DNA from: Phoronis australis | Taxonomy: Eukaryota; Animalia; Phoronida | Length of the DNA: 64,000 nucleotides | NCBI GenBank assembly: GCA_002633005.1 | Contig: NMRA01000667.1 | Coordinates: 37,280 to 101,279 of the forward strand | Direction: 5' to 3' | Shown: positions 1-11,982 of the stretch, piece after piece | Numbering within the stretch: position 1 is the first letter of the stretch | How the letters are laid out: each line of letters opens with the position of its first letter | Translations under genes and position numbers: made by a program | Notes under the pieces: generated by a model | Told to the model about the DNA's origin: nothing | The model's input: the letters and a program-made list of their open reading frames with translations, nothing else | The model's database searches: none

Positions 1-360
1 AAAAATTCATGGGCATCCTGTTGACTTCCGTTGCCAAGAGAGTTGTTCTGTAATCTTAGTTTATTCAAAATTTCAGACGGAGTTGATGTATACTTTTTAG
101 CTGCTTCATATGTGTTCACAAGGATGGTTTTCATATTGTTTTTCTTGTTGATATTGTATTTGTGCCAGTTGAGGTTGCATGAAAAGATAGCTTGAAGTGT
201 AGAGTTCACAAAACACGTGTTTCCAACATTGCAAAGACCAAATCTGTTATCTTTTATTGATTTTTCATTTGTCTTCCTTGATATCGGGGATGACGAAATA
301 GCTAATTGCGTTTCAATCACGGGTTTAGAAATGTTGTAGAGTTGCCATTCCGTAAATTGC

Positions 361-866
361 TTGTTGTTTCTTGATAAATATATCATAACGGAGCATGCGT
401 TTGACGAAAAGGATCTATTTCTGCTGTTTTCTTCTTGTGGAACTCTAATGTTTGGCACGCTAACTGCTGTAGCAGGTTGGAATATGATTGCAAAAGGGTA
501 CAGTACTGAACATTTAAGTGACAAAATAACTGGCCCGGTAATATGGATTGTCACTTTTGACGCGATGACAAATGTCGTGCAAGTTATCGCCCAAAGTCGC
601 CTTATCATCAGAATTATGCGCGTCAAACCCAGCGATGACATGTCAGACGGAGAGAAAGAGTTTCTGTTCAATGGTGGTATGTTTTTGTTAGCGTCTAACT
701 TGGCATTGTGGGCATTAGATAGTTTTGTTGAGCTACAGTCTATCGAATCATTTCCCTTGCAGCACAAATACAATGGGACAAGCTGGAAGATCATAGTCTT
801 ACTCACATTTCCATTTACTTCTACCGCTTTCACAGCGTCGGTATACTTATCAATAACATCCATTGA
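361..866 (+). pseudogene. Otopetrin-family proton channel C-terminal region with an apparent frameshift (pseudogene or assembly error)
   Basis: ORF 361-873 is multi-TM and contains FLLASNLALWALDSF...W.II.LLTFPF. The otopetrin-type FYRFHS motif (ttc tac cgc ttt cac agc, 819-836) follows in a different frame that ends at TGA 864-866. The same frame upstream has hydrophobic stretches interrupted by stops at 193 and 337. Confidence 0.65.
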
Positions 867-2465
867 TTATTAATAACCTGAGCAGTGCTCCATTAATTGT
901 TTACATTTGTATTTTGAGTACTGAATTAGACTTATGTTTCCACTCTGGTGACCAACAGTATATTATGTGCGCGACTACTGATATACTTTATTTTGGAATC
1001 CGACACAATGTTTCAACTAAATAAACAAAGTGTTTGCAACAACACTGATATTACTTGTAAAAATCGGACAAGTTTGCGCATGCGTCACATAAAATAAAAT
1101 AACTCCTACCAACTAGCCATCGTCTGAGTGGGGCGAGGAAATCGCGATAGGGAATAATACTAGACGCCCAAATCCCCTAAACCAAAAAGTAATTATCCGA
1201 AACAAGGATGAATGAAACTCGGGTTAACTATTTTGTTTTTCCCGATCATATAGATGCGGACTAACATTCGCAATTTTATTTTTACTTTTTATTAAACGTG
1301 TTGCGTTACTGGCCTCGACAGGGCATTCTATGACATTCGGTCTATTAGTCCTTACTATGCTTAGAATTTCCATGAGTCAGTTGACGTATTTTTTTCTGCT
1401 ACTCCTTTCATTGGTAATCAGTCACTGCGTTGTATATCTTGTGTTTTCCACATATCTGATTGATCGAAATTTCTAGGCAGAGCTCATTCCATGATGACAA
1501 TAGTGAGAACGAGTGACCCAGGATTACTGTGGCCTTTTTCAGTGACTATTAAGTGTCTCTTTTGTCGATATTGACCACCATTTGGTTCAGTTGATTGTGG
1601 CTAACATAAATGTATGTCTGCATCATTTGTAGTCCAAGTGGGTCGAGTTCATACGACCTCAAAGCCGACGAATGTTCGAATTCATTGTCTTTTTCTTCAA
1701 CTACTTGAGTGTAATACCCGGCAGTACCTTCTCTCCTCTCTACTGGCACAAAAGTTGTCCAGTTCTCACTTAAAATTGTCCCCATCTTCTAATCTGCTGT
1801 ATTACACCATTGCAATTGATTGTCAAGTGACCAAACGTATTCCACCGGGAAACTTGGAAATAACTATTTGTTTTTGAAAATTAAAAAATTCGACTTTTTG
1901 GCATAAAAAGTGCTTGTTTAATTAGATGTTACGGTATTTATTTCAAATAATCCAACTGAAACTTGGGAATCTAAGAGAATGCAGTGTGGTAATTCCTTTA
2001 AGGTTGTACAAGAGATTGAATATTTGGTGATATCATAATTAATTTCAATGTGGATGACTGTGACATTTCATGGCAACGGAGAAATTTGTATGCTCAAGCT
2101 TACTCTCTAGCTAAAAAAATCATATGTGTAGTCTTCCTGACAAATTCAGTTGCTGTTCTCTGTCGAGTCTGTGCTGCAATGAATACCGCCACCTGTTGGT
2201 GGAATTTGAACATGTTTAACGTCTCGTACCTTTATGTGTTCAAGAATTTCATAGATTTTTCTACATTTGAAAATATCAGTACTTTATGTCTTGTGATACT
2301 CAGCGTTTTACGTCGACTCTACGAAAACCTATTTACCGATTTTGATGTAATCTGCGTGGCATTTCTAATGTTATTGTCTGTGGTATGAATGTATCCGATA
2401 TTAAGTTTTCTTCTACATTCCGTACATTGGAATAAGTAACTGTGTATTTGTAACACGTGGATGTA

Positions 2466-2711
2466 GTTTATATTTTAAAATCATAGCTGTACTATTAATT
2501 AACTTTTGTTAAATCTGTAGTTGTATTAAAGTTTATATTTTAAAATCATAGCTGTACTATTAATTAACTTTTGTTAAATCTGTAGTTGTATTAAAGTTTA
2601 TATTTTAAAATCATAGATGTACTATTAATTAACTTTTGTTAAATCTGTAGTTGTATTAAAGTTTATATTTTAACGTCATAGCTGTACTATTAATTAACTT
2701 TTGTTAAATCT
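2466..2711. repeat. AT-rich minisatellite, 65-bp unit x about 3.8
   Basis: gtttatattttaaaatcatagctgtactattaattaacttttgttaaatct... starts at 2466, 2531, 2596 and 2661. Confidence 0.95.
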
Positions 2712-3173
2712 ATCATCATGTTTTGTTTTAAGCATTAGCTTAATGGTCATTTTTATGCTCTACACGCATTCGAACTACTTCAGGAATAAAGTTTATTCAC
2801 ACCCAAATGTTTCTATCGAGTACCAAACAAGCAGTCGCCCGGGTACATGTTGCCATGTAGCATACATGTACATGTGGTTGACTTGAGGTTGTCAGTTCAA
2901 GACGAGATGATTGCCGTCGAAATCTTCAAAATGGTTTGATTACTAAACAACAGTCAGGCGAAAAATATTCCACTGGATGACAAAGTAACCAATAACACGT
3001 TTGAGTACATTCATCAAAAAGATTCACCGAACAGGCATTTCATTGCTCAAGTACATGGAGTTCCATCGTGCTGCTAAAACGTAACAACATTCACAAATGC
3101 TTTATTTATTTCCCAAACGGCAACTTCAGTGACATCGGCAGCGGCTGAGGCTGACGAGGCTCGGGCGCGCTAC

Positions 3174-3430
3174 CTAGCTCCGGCAGCTTGGCCCATCCCA
3201 CCCGCGTCGCCCGCGCGCCTTTGCCACGCTGCCTAGCTCCGGCGGCTTGACCCATCCCGCCCGCGTTGTCCGCGGGCCTCGGCCGCGCTGTCTAGCTCCA
3301 GCGGCTTGGCCCTTCCCTCCCGCGTGCCCCGCAAGCCTAGGCCGCGCTGCCTTCTGGTGGCTTGGCCCGTCCGTCGACGTGACCTGCCGGCCTCGGCCGC
3401 ACTGCTTCCGGCGGCTTGGCCCGTCCCGCC
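3174..3430. repeat. GC-rich degenerate tandem repeat, about 59-bp unit x 4-5
   Basis: ctagctccggcggcttggccc-like core recurs near 3174, 3233, 3292, 3356 and 3405. Confidence 0.8.
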
Positions 3431-3716
3431 ATGAACACTGTCCACGTATATACATAAATACACTGTGACCTACAAGAAAAATGGAAATTAGTGATAGTCT
3501 CCCTAATAGTGTAACTATTTTGGACCCCCTAATGCCATGTTCGTATTATATTAGGGGGGGCCGCAAAATTGTGTATTTCAAAATTCTTGACAAAAACAGC
3601 TTCTTATCTGTGTTAAGGGCCTCATTCATAAATCGTTCAGAAATCTTTACTAATGAGAAAATTCTAATGGGCCCTCTATTCATGAAAAAATGCGGTAACC
3701 CGCCATAGACTTACAT

Positions 3717-3786
3717 ATGTGTGCGTGCGTGCTTGCGTGTGAGCGCGCGCGCGTGTGTGTGCGTGCGTGCGTGTGTGTGTGTGTGT
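3717..3786. repeat. Compound (TG)n/(CGTG)n microsatellite
   Basis: gtgcgtgcgtgc...gtgtgtgtgt run read directly. Confidence 0.9.
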
Positions 3787-4789
3787 CACAATTAGCAACA
3801 GCATCTTTTTCAAAATACACATGAAACATTTCACATATTAGTTTTTATCACATAGAGTCGTAACAAGAATAGTTTTCTTGCAAAGCTAAAGCGATGTAAT
3901 CTGACAGTCCAGGAAATCAATACTTACTGGGATCATGGAAGATGCTTCCAAGTCAGCAAAATGGGAAAAGAAAGTGTGTTGACTTTCTTAAGTTGACAGC
4001 AATCCCATGAGTGATCACCAACAATAGTGATGGTGAACGACGGCGTACCATAGGGGGCTGTGGGGGGCATAGCCCCCACTTTTTTTCAGTGCTACGCCTG
4101 CACATGGTCTATAGGCGATGCACCACAGGGAGTTGAGGGGGCTTTAGCCCTCCCCCACTTTTTTTAATGCTGCGCCGCCCATGTCAATTCCAAAGGTCTT
4201 TCATGAACACTCCTAATGCCAAAAAACTGACTAGAACCGTAGTGATGGCATGGCAAATTATACACCAACATTCTTACTACACTTTAAGCAATAGCTCCTG
4301 AGCACTGTATGGTGTGAAACGATCTAAACTTCAAATAAAGGGGATTTTATATCTTTTCTACTTCCATTTTTAAAGCTAAGCTTTACCAAAATTGTACACA
4401 TTTGTACGCCTAATTCACCCAGACAAGAAGCCGCGTTCCAAAACGAGGCTCACGATTGCTCCGTTAAATGGATATTCGGCATAGTTGTGTTCGCGCGTTG
4501 CTCGAACGGCGATAGAAAAATTACGGATATTCAACTGTCTTTTTTACACTCCTTAAACACGTTCAGATTCAGAAGAGTTAGGTCGTTGCCATAAGCCACG
4601 ACGAAGGAAAATATTTCCGGGTAAAATTTATAATTTTTTTCGAAAGTTTGATCACATTTTGTAGCACCTCGGTTGTTGAGCATCATAGCAACGACTGGTG
4701 AATCTTTGGCCAGCCAGGCTGTGTTTTCATGACTACGGGTTGAAACATGATGCAGTTCTTTTCTAAAAGGACAGCGTCCTCAATCCCTC

Positions 4790-5075
4790 GATTTTGGGGC
4801 CGAATATCGGCCCTATTCCCCTCTTAAAGTATTGAAAAATCACGCGAAATTCCCCCACGAGGCCTAAAATTTCCCCTAAAGTGATTGAAAATTTCCCCTC
4901 GAAGTTCAACTCACCTGTAACCACACAGGTGACAATTTGAAAGAGCATAAAATGTTACTTGAGACACAGCCTATGAGAACTTGCAACAGGGCGGGGTGAT
5001 CGGGAAAGAGAATTTCCCACTCCGGCACTCGGTGAAGAAAAAATCCCCTCACAGACGGCACATGCACCTTTCCCC
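4790..5075. repeat. Dispersed repeat family with ttcccc motifs; related copies near 6290-6555, 10160-10435 and 49253-49330
   Basis: Shared blocks ttgaaaaatcacgcgaaatt, gtgattgaaaattt, cct(a/g)tgagaacttgc and aatatcggcc..attccc. Confidence 0.6.
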
Positions 5076-6667
5076 TCGGATGAACGAGGCCCCTGCTGAA
5101 GAAACATGATAACTACGCTTGCTCTGTCCAGTTAACTGAAATTGAGCTCTAATACGAGATGAGTTTTTCAGGTTATGCTTTGGACGAATGAACTAGGTGT
5201 TTTAATTTTAAAATTCAACTTGGTCCAAATTGATATTTGAAACCCAACACAAGAAATAAACTTACATTGAATGTAAGAATTATTAAAACCAAAAAAGCAC
5301 AATTGATGGTCAAGTAGATTTTAGTTTCAATTACCAACCTGTTTTTCAGTAAAAAATACATTTAATAACATCAATCACTCTTGCAGATCAATGACAAATC
5401 AACTGTTAGTCCCGGTAGTCCCTACCTCCGTACCTAGGCTATGCTTGATGTTAATATTCTTTATCAACAAATTAAACCACTGAGATTTGACTTCACATGA
5501 CAGCAAAATGCATTACTGTCAAATATATCTTCAACTCGTCAAAAATACGAGCAGACGACCTGGTTCGTGTAGAAAGCATTTTTATCAAAAATATTTACAA
5601 GAAGAAACGTAACCCTTTATCCTGCATATACTTAATCCGTAAGACGATCACTGCAATTTGGTCACATTTACTTTTCATGTTTCGAACCTAGTTTTCCGGT
5701 TGGACTTGAAAGGCCAGCCATTTAACTCACTCAAAGTCAACTTCTGCTTTTTTATCGCAGTGAGCCTCGCTTTTGATGTATGAATTCGAGACTGGAGTAT
5801 GAACTCGAAACGCTTCAGTGCACGAAAAATTCCGCAGCTATACGTGAGCAGTGTTCGGACTTAGCAAATATGTAAATGTTCTGGCCTGCCGGGCAAGTTT
5901 GTCTGAAAATTTACTGGCCCGGCTGCCAAGTTGCTGAACCTACTTTTAGCAGCCCGGCTACCTACGTTTTTCTCCGAATATTCATTCCTATAAACTAAAT
6001 GCCGGCGCACAGTGTGCGTGAGAACCCTATTTGTTTTGCCACTAACTCTAGAAGAAGAGTTGTTGGTAACTGAGATGTATATGTAAACACCGCGTGAGCC
6101 GTAACTACGAAATAAAAACCCGGAACTGGATTCAACCAACATATTTTTGCAAAACACGTACGTTTCATCAGTACATAGAACTCTAAGCCAGAGTTCAATA
6201 AACAATTAAGTGAATGGAGCGATCGCGGACTCATGATTGCTCACACGGTTCAAAGTCATTGGCGAACAAAGGGTAGCTCCTCTGAAAATGTTGAAAAATC
6301 ACGCGAAATTGTCCTTATGATGTCCAAAAACTCCCCTCAAGTGACTGAAAAATTTCCCAGGCGAGCTTAGTCGAATTTTCGCCGTACGGTCGGACTGGGC
6401 CCGGTGTCCGGCAATTCATTGAAAGCGCACATAAGAATAGCAGAGCCTGTGAGAACTTGCTGCCGGATAGGAGTGCTGTTGATGGTGATCGGGAGGTATA
6501 ATTTTCCCCTCACGCCGAAATATTCCCCTCTTAGAAAATACAGGCTCCTTTCCCCTTGGATCATCATGAACAAGCGCCCAGGTCGACTGCCTGCTCAGTA
6601 CAGGCGGGCATCCTGGAACAAAAGCCTTGATGGTTACAGTTTTCGCCACTCGGTGCGCTACATGCAG

Positions 6668-6808
6668 TTTGAAAACGAGACTTCTAAGGAAGTTTGTTAA
6701 AACGAAGCCAATTGGTTCATTGGACACAACAACTTTGTATGCCTTATTATCATTGGCTAATTTTGAACGGAGCGGCAGTATTCAAGATCTTCATTTTCAT
6801 GGTTAAAG
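6668..6808 (+). promoter_or_regulatory. Putative CDK1 G2/M-type promoter and short 5' exon (copy A)
   Basis: CCAAT 6708, ATTGG 6719 and 6752 (33 bp apart), CHR-like TTTGAA 6762-6767, candidate donor AAG|GTATGC at 6808/6809. Confidence 0.45.
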
Positions 6809-7991
6809 GTATGCTTCCAGATTTATGCAATATTTATTGAAAATAATGAGATTAGCGCAATTATTTTTCACGTAATTTTATAAAAAAACATTACAATGTT
6901 GATTTGTGTCAGTTAAAATTGGGTGAAAATCGCACTTTGGAACGACAAAGTTTTAGTTTTCACTTCTTTTTCTGCCTTGAATTTGTCAGGTGTCCAGAAC
7001 TGAAGAGTCGAAATATTTGGCAACACGCACCCCTCGGCTGGCTGGATAGGGCTACAAAACTACTCATCGGTTTCTCTGTTTATTTCGTCCCATGAATTTT
7101 ATAGGGGTGTTAGGCCAAATATTGACAATTAATCGCCTGTGGATGTCGTAAGCATGCACCACAAGCCATCGTCTAACCGAAAAGTTACTCAACTCAAATA
7201 CGGTGAATAACACCGAATTAAACATACATTTCGTCATATGAATTATAATTAACACATACCATTACTCAGGAGATAATTTAGTCAACATAATCTGAAAATA
7301 TGAAAATCTGTTGGGGTTCACTTTGAGCTTCCCTTTGTAGTAATAACCGAGATTTCCCGAACCGGCAATCGAACCAGGATCCCCATAAAACCGATGGCTA
7401 AATCACAATCAAGGTCCATATTCGAGAGTTGACTGTATTACGGTCTCAAAAATTTTTTGTGATCACTTACCAAATGCAAACTGAATCTCATATGCAAAGA
7501 GTTATTTAGTTGTGCAAATTAAAAAAAAAAGATTCGTCAAAATCGGACAATGTTTAAGAAATTTATCCATGTTTTTGTCTATGAATTTCAAGCATTTTTA
7601 GCATTATGAGTGGCCATTTTAAAAATTACAATTTTCACCACTTAAGCTAACAGGCAATTGCACATGCTTCTTACAGTTTCGTGCTTGTTGCCTAACTCAC
7701 ATGGTGTCAATTGAAATTCTCTGCGGTTATCACGCGCGGTGAAAAAGTTCATTAATGGCAACCAAAATGGAGTTGGAGTTCTTCACCAAATTAATCTTAA
7801 ATTCACATAGACATGCTTCAGCAAGGATATGTATAGAACCAGAAAAGATTGTTGAAGAAAGTAAGCGCATTTTAAGAGTGTAAAATACATTTTGACAAGA
7901 TGCAAACCACTTACTTGGTGACTATATTTCGGCTACCAGACTTTTAGTACACAAACTGACGGCAGGACTTAAGCTCCCATAGCCAGCCGAG

Positions 7992-8092
7992 GGGCTACGT
8001 GTTGCCTAGGCCAAGACGGGCTACGTGTTGCCTAGGCCAAGACTGGCTACGTGTTGCCTAGGCCAAGACGGGCTACGTGTTGCCTAGGCCAA
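7992..8092. repeat. 26-bp tandem repeat x about 4 (copy A)
   Basis: Unit gggctacgtgttgcctaggccaagac. Confidence 0.95.
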
Positions 8093-9194
8093 ATCTGGTC
8101 ACCAAACAAGAGGTTTTTACATATACTTTCTTCAGCGATCATTCGGGTTCTATTCATATCTTCAATAAAGCATGTCTGCGGAAATTAATTAAGATGACTT
8201 CAATGGTGAAGAATTTCAATCCCCATTTTTTGGTCTCCGTTAACCTTTTCACCGCGCGCAATAACCACAAAGTATTTCAGTTGACATCACCTGGGTCAGG
8301 AAATGACATGTGCGAGACAGCTAAGCGCGTGACCTAGTTCATGACCCTTGCAAAAAGTAGCCTAGGAAGATATCGGTGGAATTTGTGCCCCTTGTAGTTT
8401 TTGTTCACCAACAGCCGTGAATTTGCGTAACTTCGCAAAAATGACACTGGGTGAAGAAAGCACAAGTGAACCATAACATATTTTCTTGGATGTTTTCAAA
8501 TTATGTTGACTATATTGTCTCCAGTGTCATATGGTAATTATAATTCAAAGTGTTTACAAGCTGTATTTTGAGATGAGTGACTATGGGGGTGTACTAACGT
8601 CTGTGTATGCCTGTAAATACTTATTTACAGACGGGGTACGTGTCTAGTGTATGCCTGGTGCACACACGGCAATGTAATTGCTAGAGTCATAATCGAACCA
8701 AACATTTTCAACTCATTGATTTGCATGGAAAATTCAGGAACACTGGCTTTCTTTCTCTATGTCAGACAATCTTATATATATCCGAAGGAACTTGAATCTT
8801 GAATTATTTATTGCTTGCTTTGCCTGAGATGAAAAGGTAAAATTAGCAAAACACTGTAATGTAATTACTGAGATCACTGGACTATAATTATTTATCTTTT
8901 AAGAGGATTTTCTCTTGTTTTGGTTTCGATTTCCTCTTATTTGATTTCCAGTATCCTCTTTTTTGTCTATTTTTTATTGTTATATTCATGCAAAAACTTG
9001 CATTTCATTTAAATTTTACAACGCAACTGTTTCTACCTCACGAACCTATTCATTTGTAGAACGATACATAACCTGGAAAACTTTTCCTCTTTTTGTCATC
9101 GGTCATTCCAAGTCCAGATCTGTGTCAATTTTATGCTTTGTTGTTTTTCAGGTGTATATAGTCTGTACATAGTGTGGGTTGTAGATACATTATC

Positions 9195-9231
9195 ATGGAA
9201 GACTATACAAAAATAGAGAAGATCGGAGAAG
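9195..9231 (+). CDS. CDK1: CDK1 start exon, duplicate in copy A ([12 protein letters not shown])
   Basis: Identical to 13635-13671; donor GTGAG. Confidence 0.6.
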
Positions 9232-10539
9232 GTGAGAAAACACTGATTCTGATTTTGTAGTTTAGCTGTAGCTAGTGTCCTTAAGCTCTCTCATCTGTGC
9301 TGCCCTCTCGGCATGGCTGGCAGACACACATATAACCCTCTGTGCATTTCCCTTTAATCTCTTACATTGACTATAATGGCATTCATGCAGTCGTCAGTTT
9401 TGCTGACTTAACAAAGGACTATTCGGAAAAACTGTTGAGTTCGGAACTATTTGCTTGAGGATTTAAAGACTCGAACTGCCTCTAAAAGTGTCCATCTTCT
9501 CATGAAAGCCACATATAGTATTGTAATTAGTTTAGTGAGGCCAAGCGTTAAGCGTAAATTGCAGAAAATGTCTGGGGTATAGGCTTGATTAGAATGTGAC
9601 GTCGTCTAAGCTGTAGTGTAATATCCGGCTCTGTTTGTAGTGTACATACGAATAAAGGCTTCTCTAAATAGCTTGCCAGTGCAATCGGCACTTGGCTACT
9701 GGCCTGTCTAATTGGACATTTGANAAATTCCGCAGCTATACGTGAGCAGTGTTCGGACTTAGCAAATATGTAAATGTTCTGGCCTGCCGGGCAAGTTTGT
9801 CTGAAAATTTACTGGCCCGGCTGCCAAGTTGCTGAACCTACTTTTAGCAGCCTACCTACGTTTTTCTCCGAATATTCATTCCTATAAACTAAATGCGCAT
9901 GTGCGTGAGAACCCTATTTGTTTTGCCATTAACTCTTGAAGAAGAGTTGTTGGTAAATGAGATGTATATGTAAACACCGCGTGAGCTGTAACTACGAAAT
10001 AAAAACCCGGAACTGGATTCAACCAACATATTTTTGCAAAACACGTACGTTTCATCAGTACATATAGAACTCTAAGCTAGAGTTCAATGAACAAAGTGAT
10101 TGGAGCGATCGCGAATTGCTCACACGGTACAAACATTGGCGAACAAAGGGTAGCTCCTCTAAAAATGTTGAAAAATCACGCGAAATTGTCCTTATGATGT
10201 CCAAAAACTCCCCTCAAGTGATTGAAAATTTTCCCAGGCGAGCTTAGTCGAATTTTCGCCGTACGGTCGGACTGCCGTGGGCCCGTTGTCAATTCATTGA
10301 AAGCGCACATAAGAATGGCAGAGCCTGTGAGAACTTGCTGCCGGATAGGAGTGCTGTTGATGGTGATCGGGAGGTATAATTTTCACCTCACGCCGAAATA
10401 TTCCCCTCTTAGAAAATACAGGCTCCTTTCCCCTTGGATGAACGAGCGCCCAGGTCGACTGCCTGCTCAGTACAGGCGGGCATCCTGGAACAAAAGCCTT
10501 GATGGTTACAGTTTTCGCCACTCGGTGCGCTACATGCAG

Positions 10540-10680
10540 TTTGAAAACGAGACTTCTAAGGAAGTTTGTTAAACCGAAGCCAATTGGTTCATTGGACACA
10601 ACAACTTTGTATGCCTTATTGTCATTGGCTAATTTTGAACGGAGCGGCAGTATTCAAGATCTTCATTTTCATGGTTAAAG
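10540..10680 (+). promoter_or_regulatory. Putative CDK1 G2/M-type promoter and short 5' exon (copy B)
   Basis: CCAAT 10580, ATTGG 10591 and 10624 (33 bp apart), CHR-like TTTGAA 10634-10639, candidate donor AAG|GTATGC at 10680/10681. Confidence 0.5.
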
Positions 10681-11208
10681 GTATGCTTCCAGATTTATGC
10701 AATATTTATTGAAAATAATGAGATAAGTGCAATTATTTTTCACGTAATTTTATAAAAAACATTACAATGTTGTTTTGTGTCAGTTAAAATTGAGTGAAAA
10801 TCGCAGTTTGGAACGACAAAGTTTTAGTTTTCACTTCTTTTTCTGCCTTGAATTTGTCAGGTGTCCAGAACTGAAGAGTCGAATTATTTGGCAACACGCA
10901 ACCCTCGGCTGGCTGGATAGGGCTACAAAACTACTCATCGGTTTCTCTGTTTATTTCGTCCCATGAATTTTATACGGGTGTTAGGCCAAATTTTGATAAT
11001 TAATTGCCTGTGGATGTCGTAAGCATGCACACCACAGGCGATCGTCTAACCGAAAAGTTAATCATCTCAAATACGGTGAATAACACCGAATTAAACATAC
11101 ATTTCGTCATATGAATTATAATTAACACATACCATTACTCAGGAGATAATTTAGTCAACATAATCTGAAAATATGAAAATCTGTTGGGGTTTACTTTGAG
11201 CTTCCCTT

Positions 11209-11979
11209 TGTAGTAATAGCCGAGATTTCCCGAACCGACAATCGAACCAGGACCCCCATAAAACTGATGAGCATGGCTGAATCACAATCAAGGTCCATAT
11301 TCGAGAGTTGACTGTATTACGGTCTCAAATAATTTTTTTGATTACTTACCAAATGCAAACTGAATCTCATATGCAAAGAGTTATTTAGTTGTGCAAATTA
11401 AAAAAAGAATCGTCAAAATCGGACAATGTTTAAGAAATTTATCCATGTTTTTGTCTATGAATTTCAAGCATTTTTAGCATTAGTGGCCATTTTAAAAATT
11501 ACAATTTTCACCACTTAAGCTAACAGGCAATTGCCCATTAGCGAGTAGCTAACAGTGGCTCATATGATTCACCGGAAGCACATATTTATTCTATAACATT
11601 CCCCCTTTCCTACAGAACAGGTACATCACCAGGAAGGTGAGCACCAGATGTCTCGCATACAGGTCATAAACGTCCCTTGATACCTTTACCACCACAACAC
11701 AGTTGAACACAAGGTTGTCTCTCATACAGGTCCTCGACTCCTGGAACTTTTACCATAACAATCTATGCGCGGGGTCCGCGGCTACTAGTTGGCAGTGCTT
11801 CGCTGATAGATCATCCGTTTGCCGACTACGCCATTTGTAGTAATAGCCGAGATTACCTGAGTAGGGAATTGAACCAGCGACGCCCATAAAACTGGCGTTC
11901 CTGCTAACCATTTAGCTTATAGGCCCGTTAGCGAGTAGCTAACAGAGGCTCATGATTCACCGGAAGCACATCTACAACA
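11209..11979 (-). mobile_element. Non-autonomous miniature LTR retrotransposon (TRIM) with tRNA-like LTRs
   Basis: On the minus strand: 5' LTR TGTTG...ATTACTACA (11979-11836); AA spacer; PBS TGGCGTAGTCGGCA (11833-11820); about 235-bp internal region; PPT AGGAAAGGGGGAA (11611-11599); 3' LTR TGTTA...ATTACTACA (11598-11209) with an insertion of about 245 bp. Confidence 0.8.
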
Positions 11980-11982
11980 ACT

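Larger units (their letters stand above)
5827..9723. repeat. Duplicated segment, copy A (3.9 kb); probable second haplotype of 9725-14163
   Basis: aaattccgcagctatacg... at 5827 restarts right after the single N at 9724; the copies are collinear with SNPs and indels, and the last several hundred bp look identical. Confidence 0.9.

Noticed and set aside
3174-3468. Overlapping Arg/Gly/Pro-rich ORFs
   Set aside because: They are products of a GC-rich tandem repeat and show no recognisable domain.
7992-8092. 26-bp palindromic direct repeats resembling a CRISPR array
   Set aside because: The repeats are head-to-tail with no spacers, there are no cas genes and the context is eukaryotic; this is a minisatellite inside a foldback element.
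9195-9231. Second CDK1 gene or true alternative first coding exon
   Set aside because: It is identical to 13635-13671 including flanks and lies just before the N join, so it is most simply an assembly duplicate.
6404-10599. Similar ORF pairs (6404-6700 with 10222-10572; 6416-6727 with 10294-10599) as a gene family
   Set aside because: They reflect the N-joined duplicate segment and a dispersed repeat; there are no domain or splice signals.
11850-11925. Functional tRNA gene on the minus strand
   Set aside because: A/B boxes and D-like and anticodon-like stems are present, but the acceptor and T stems pair poorly and it sits inside an LTR-like repeat; treated as tRNA-derived.
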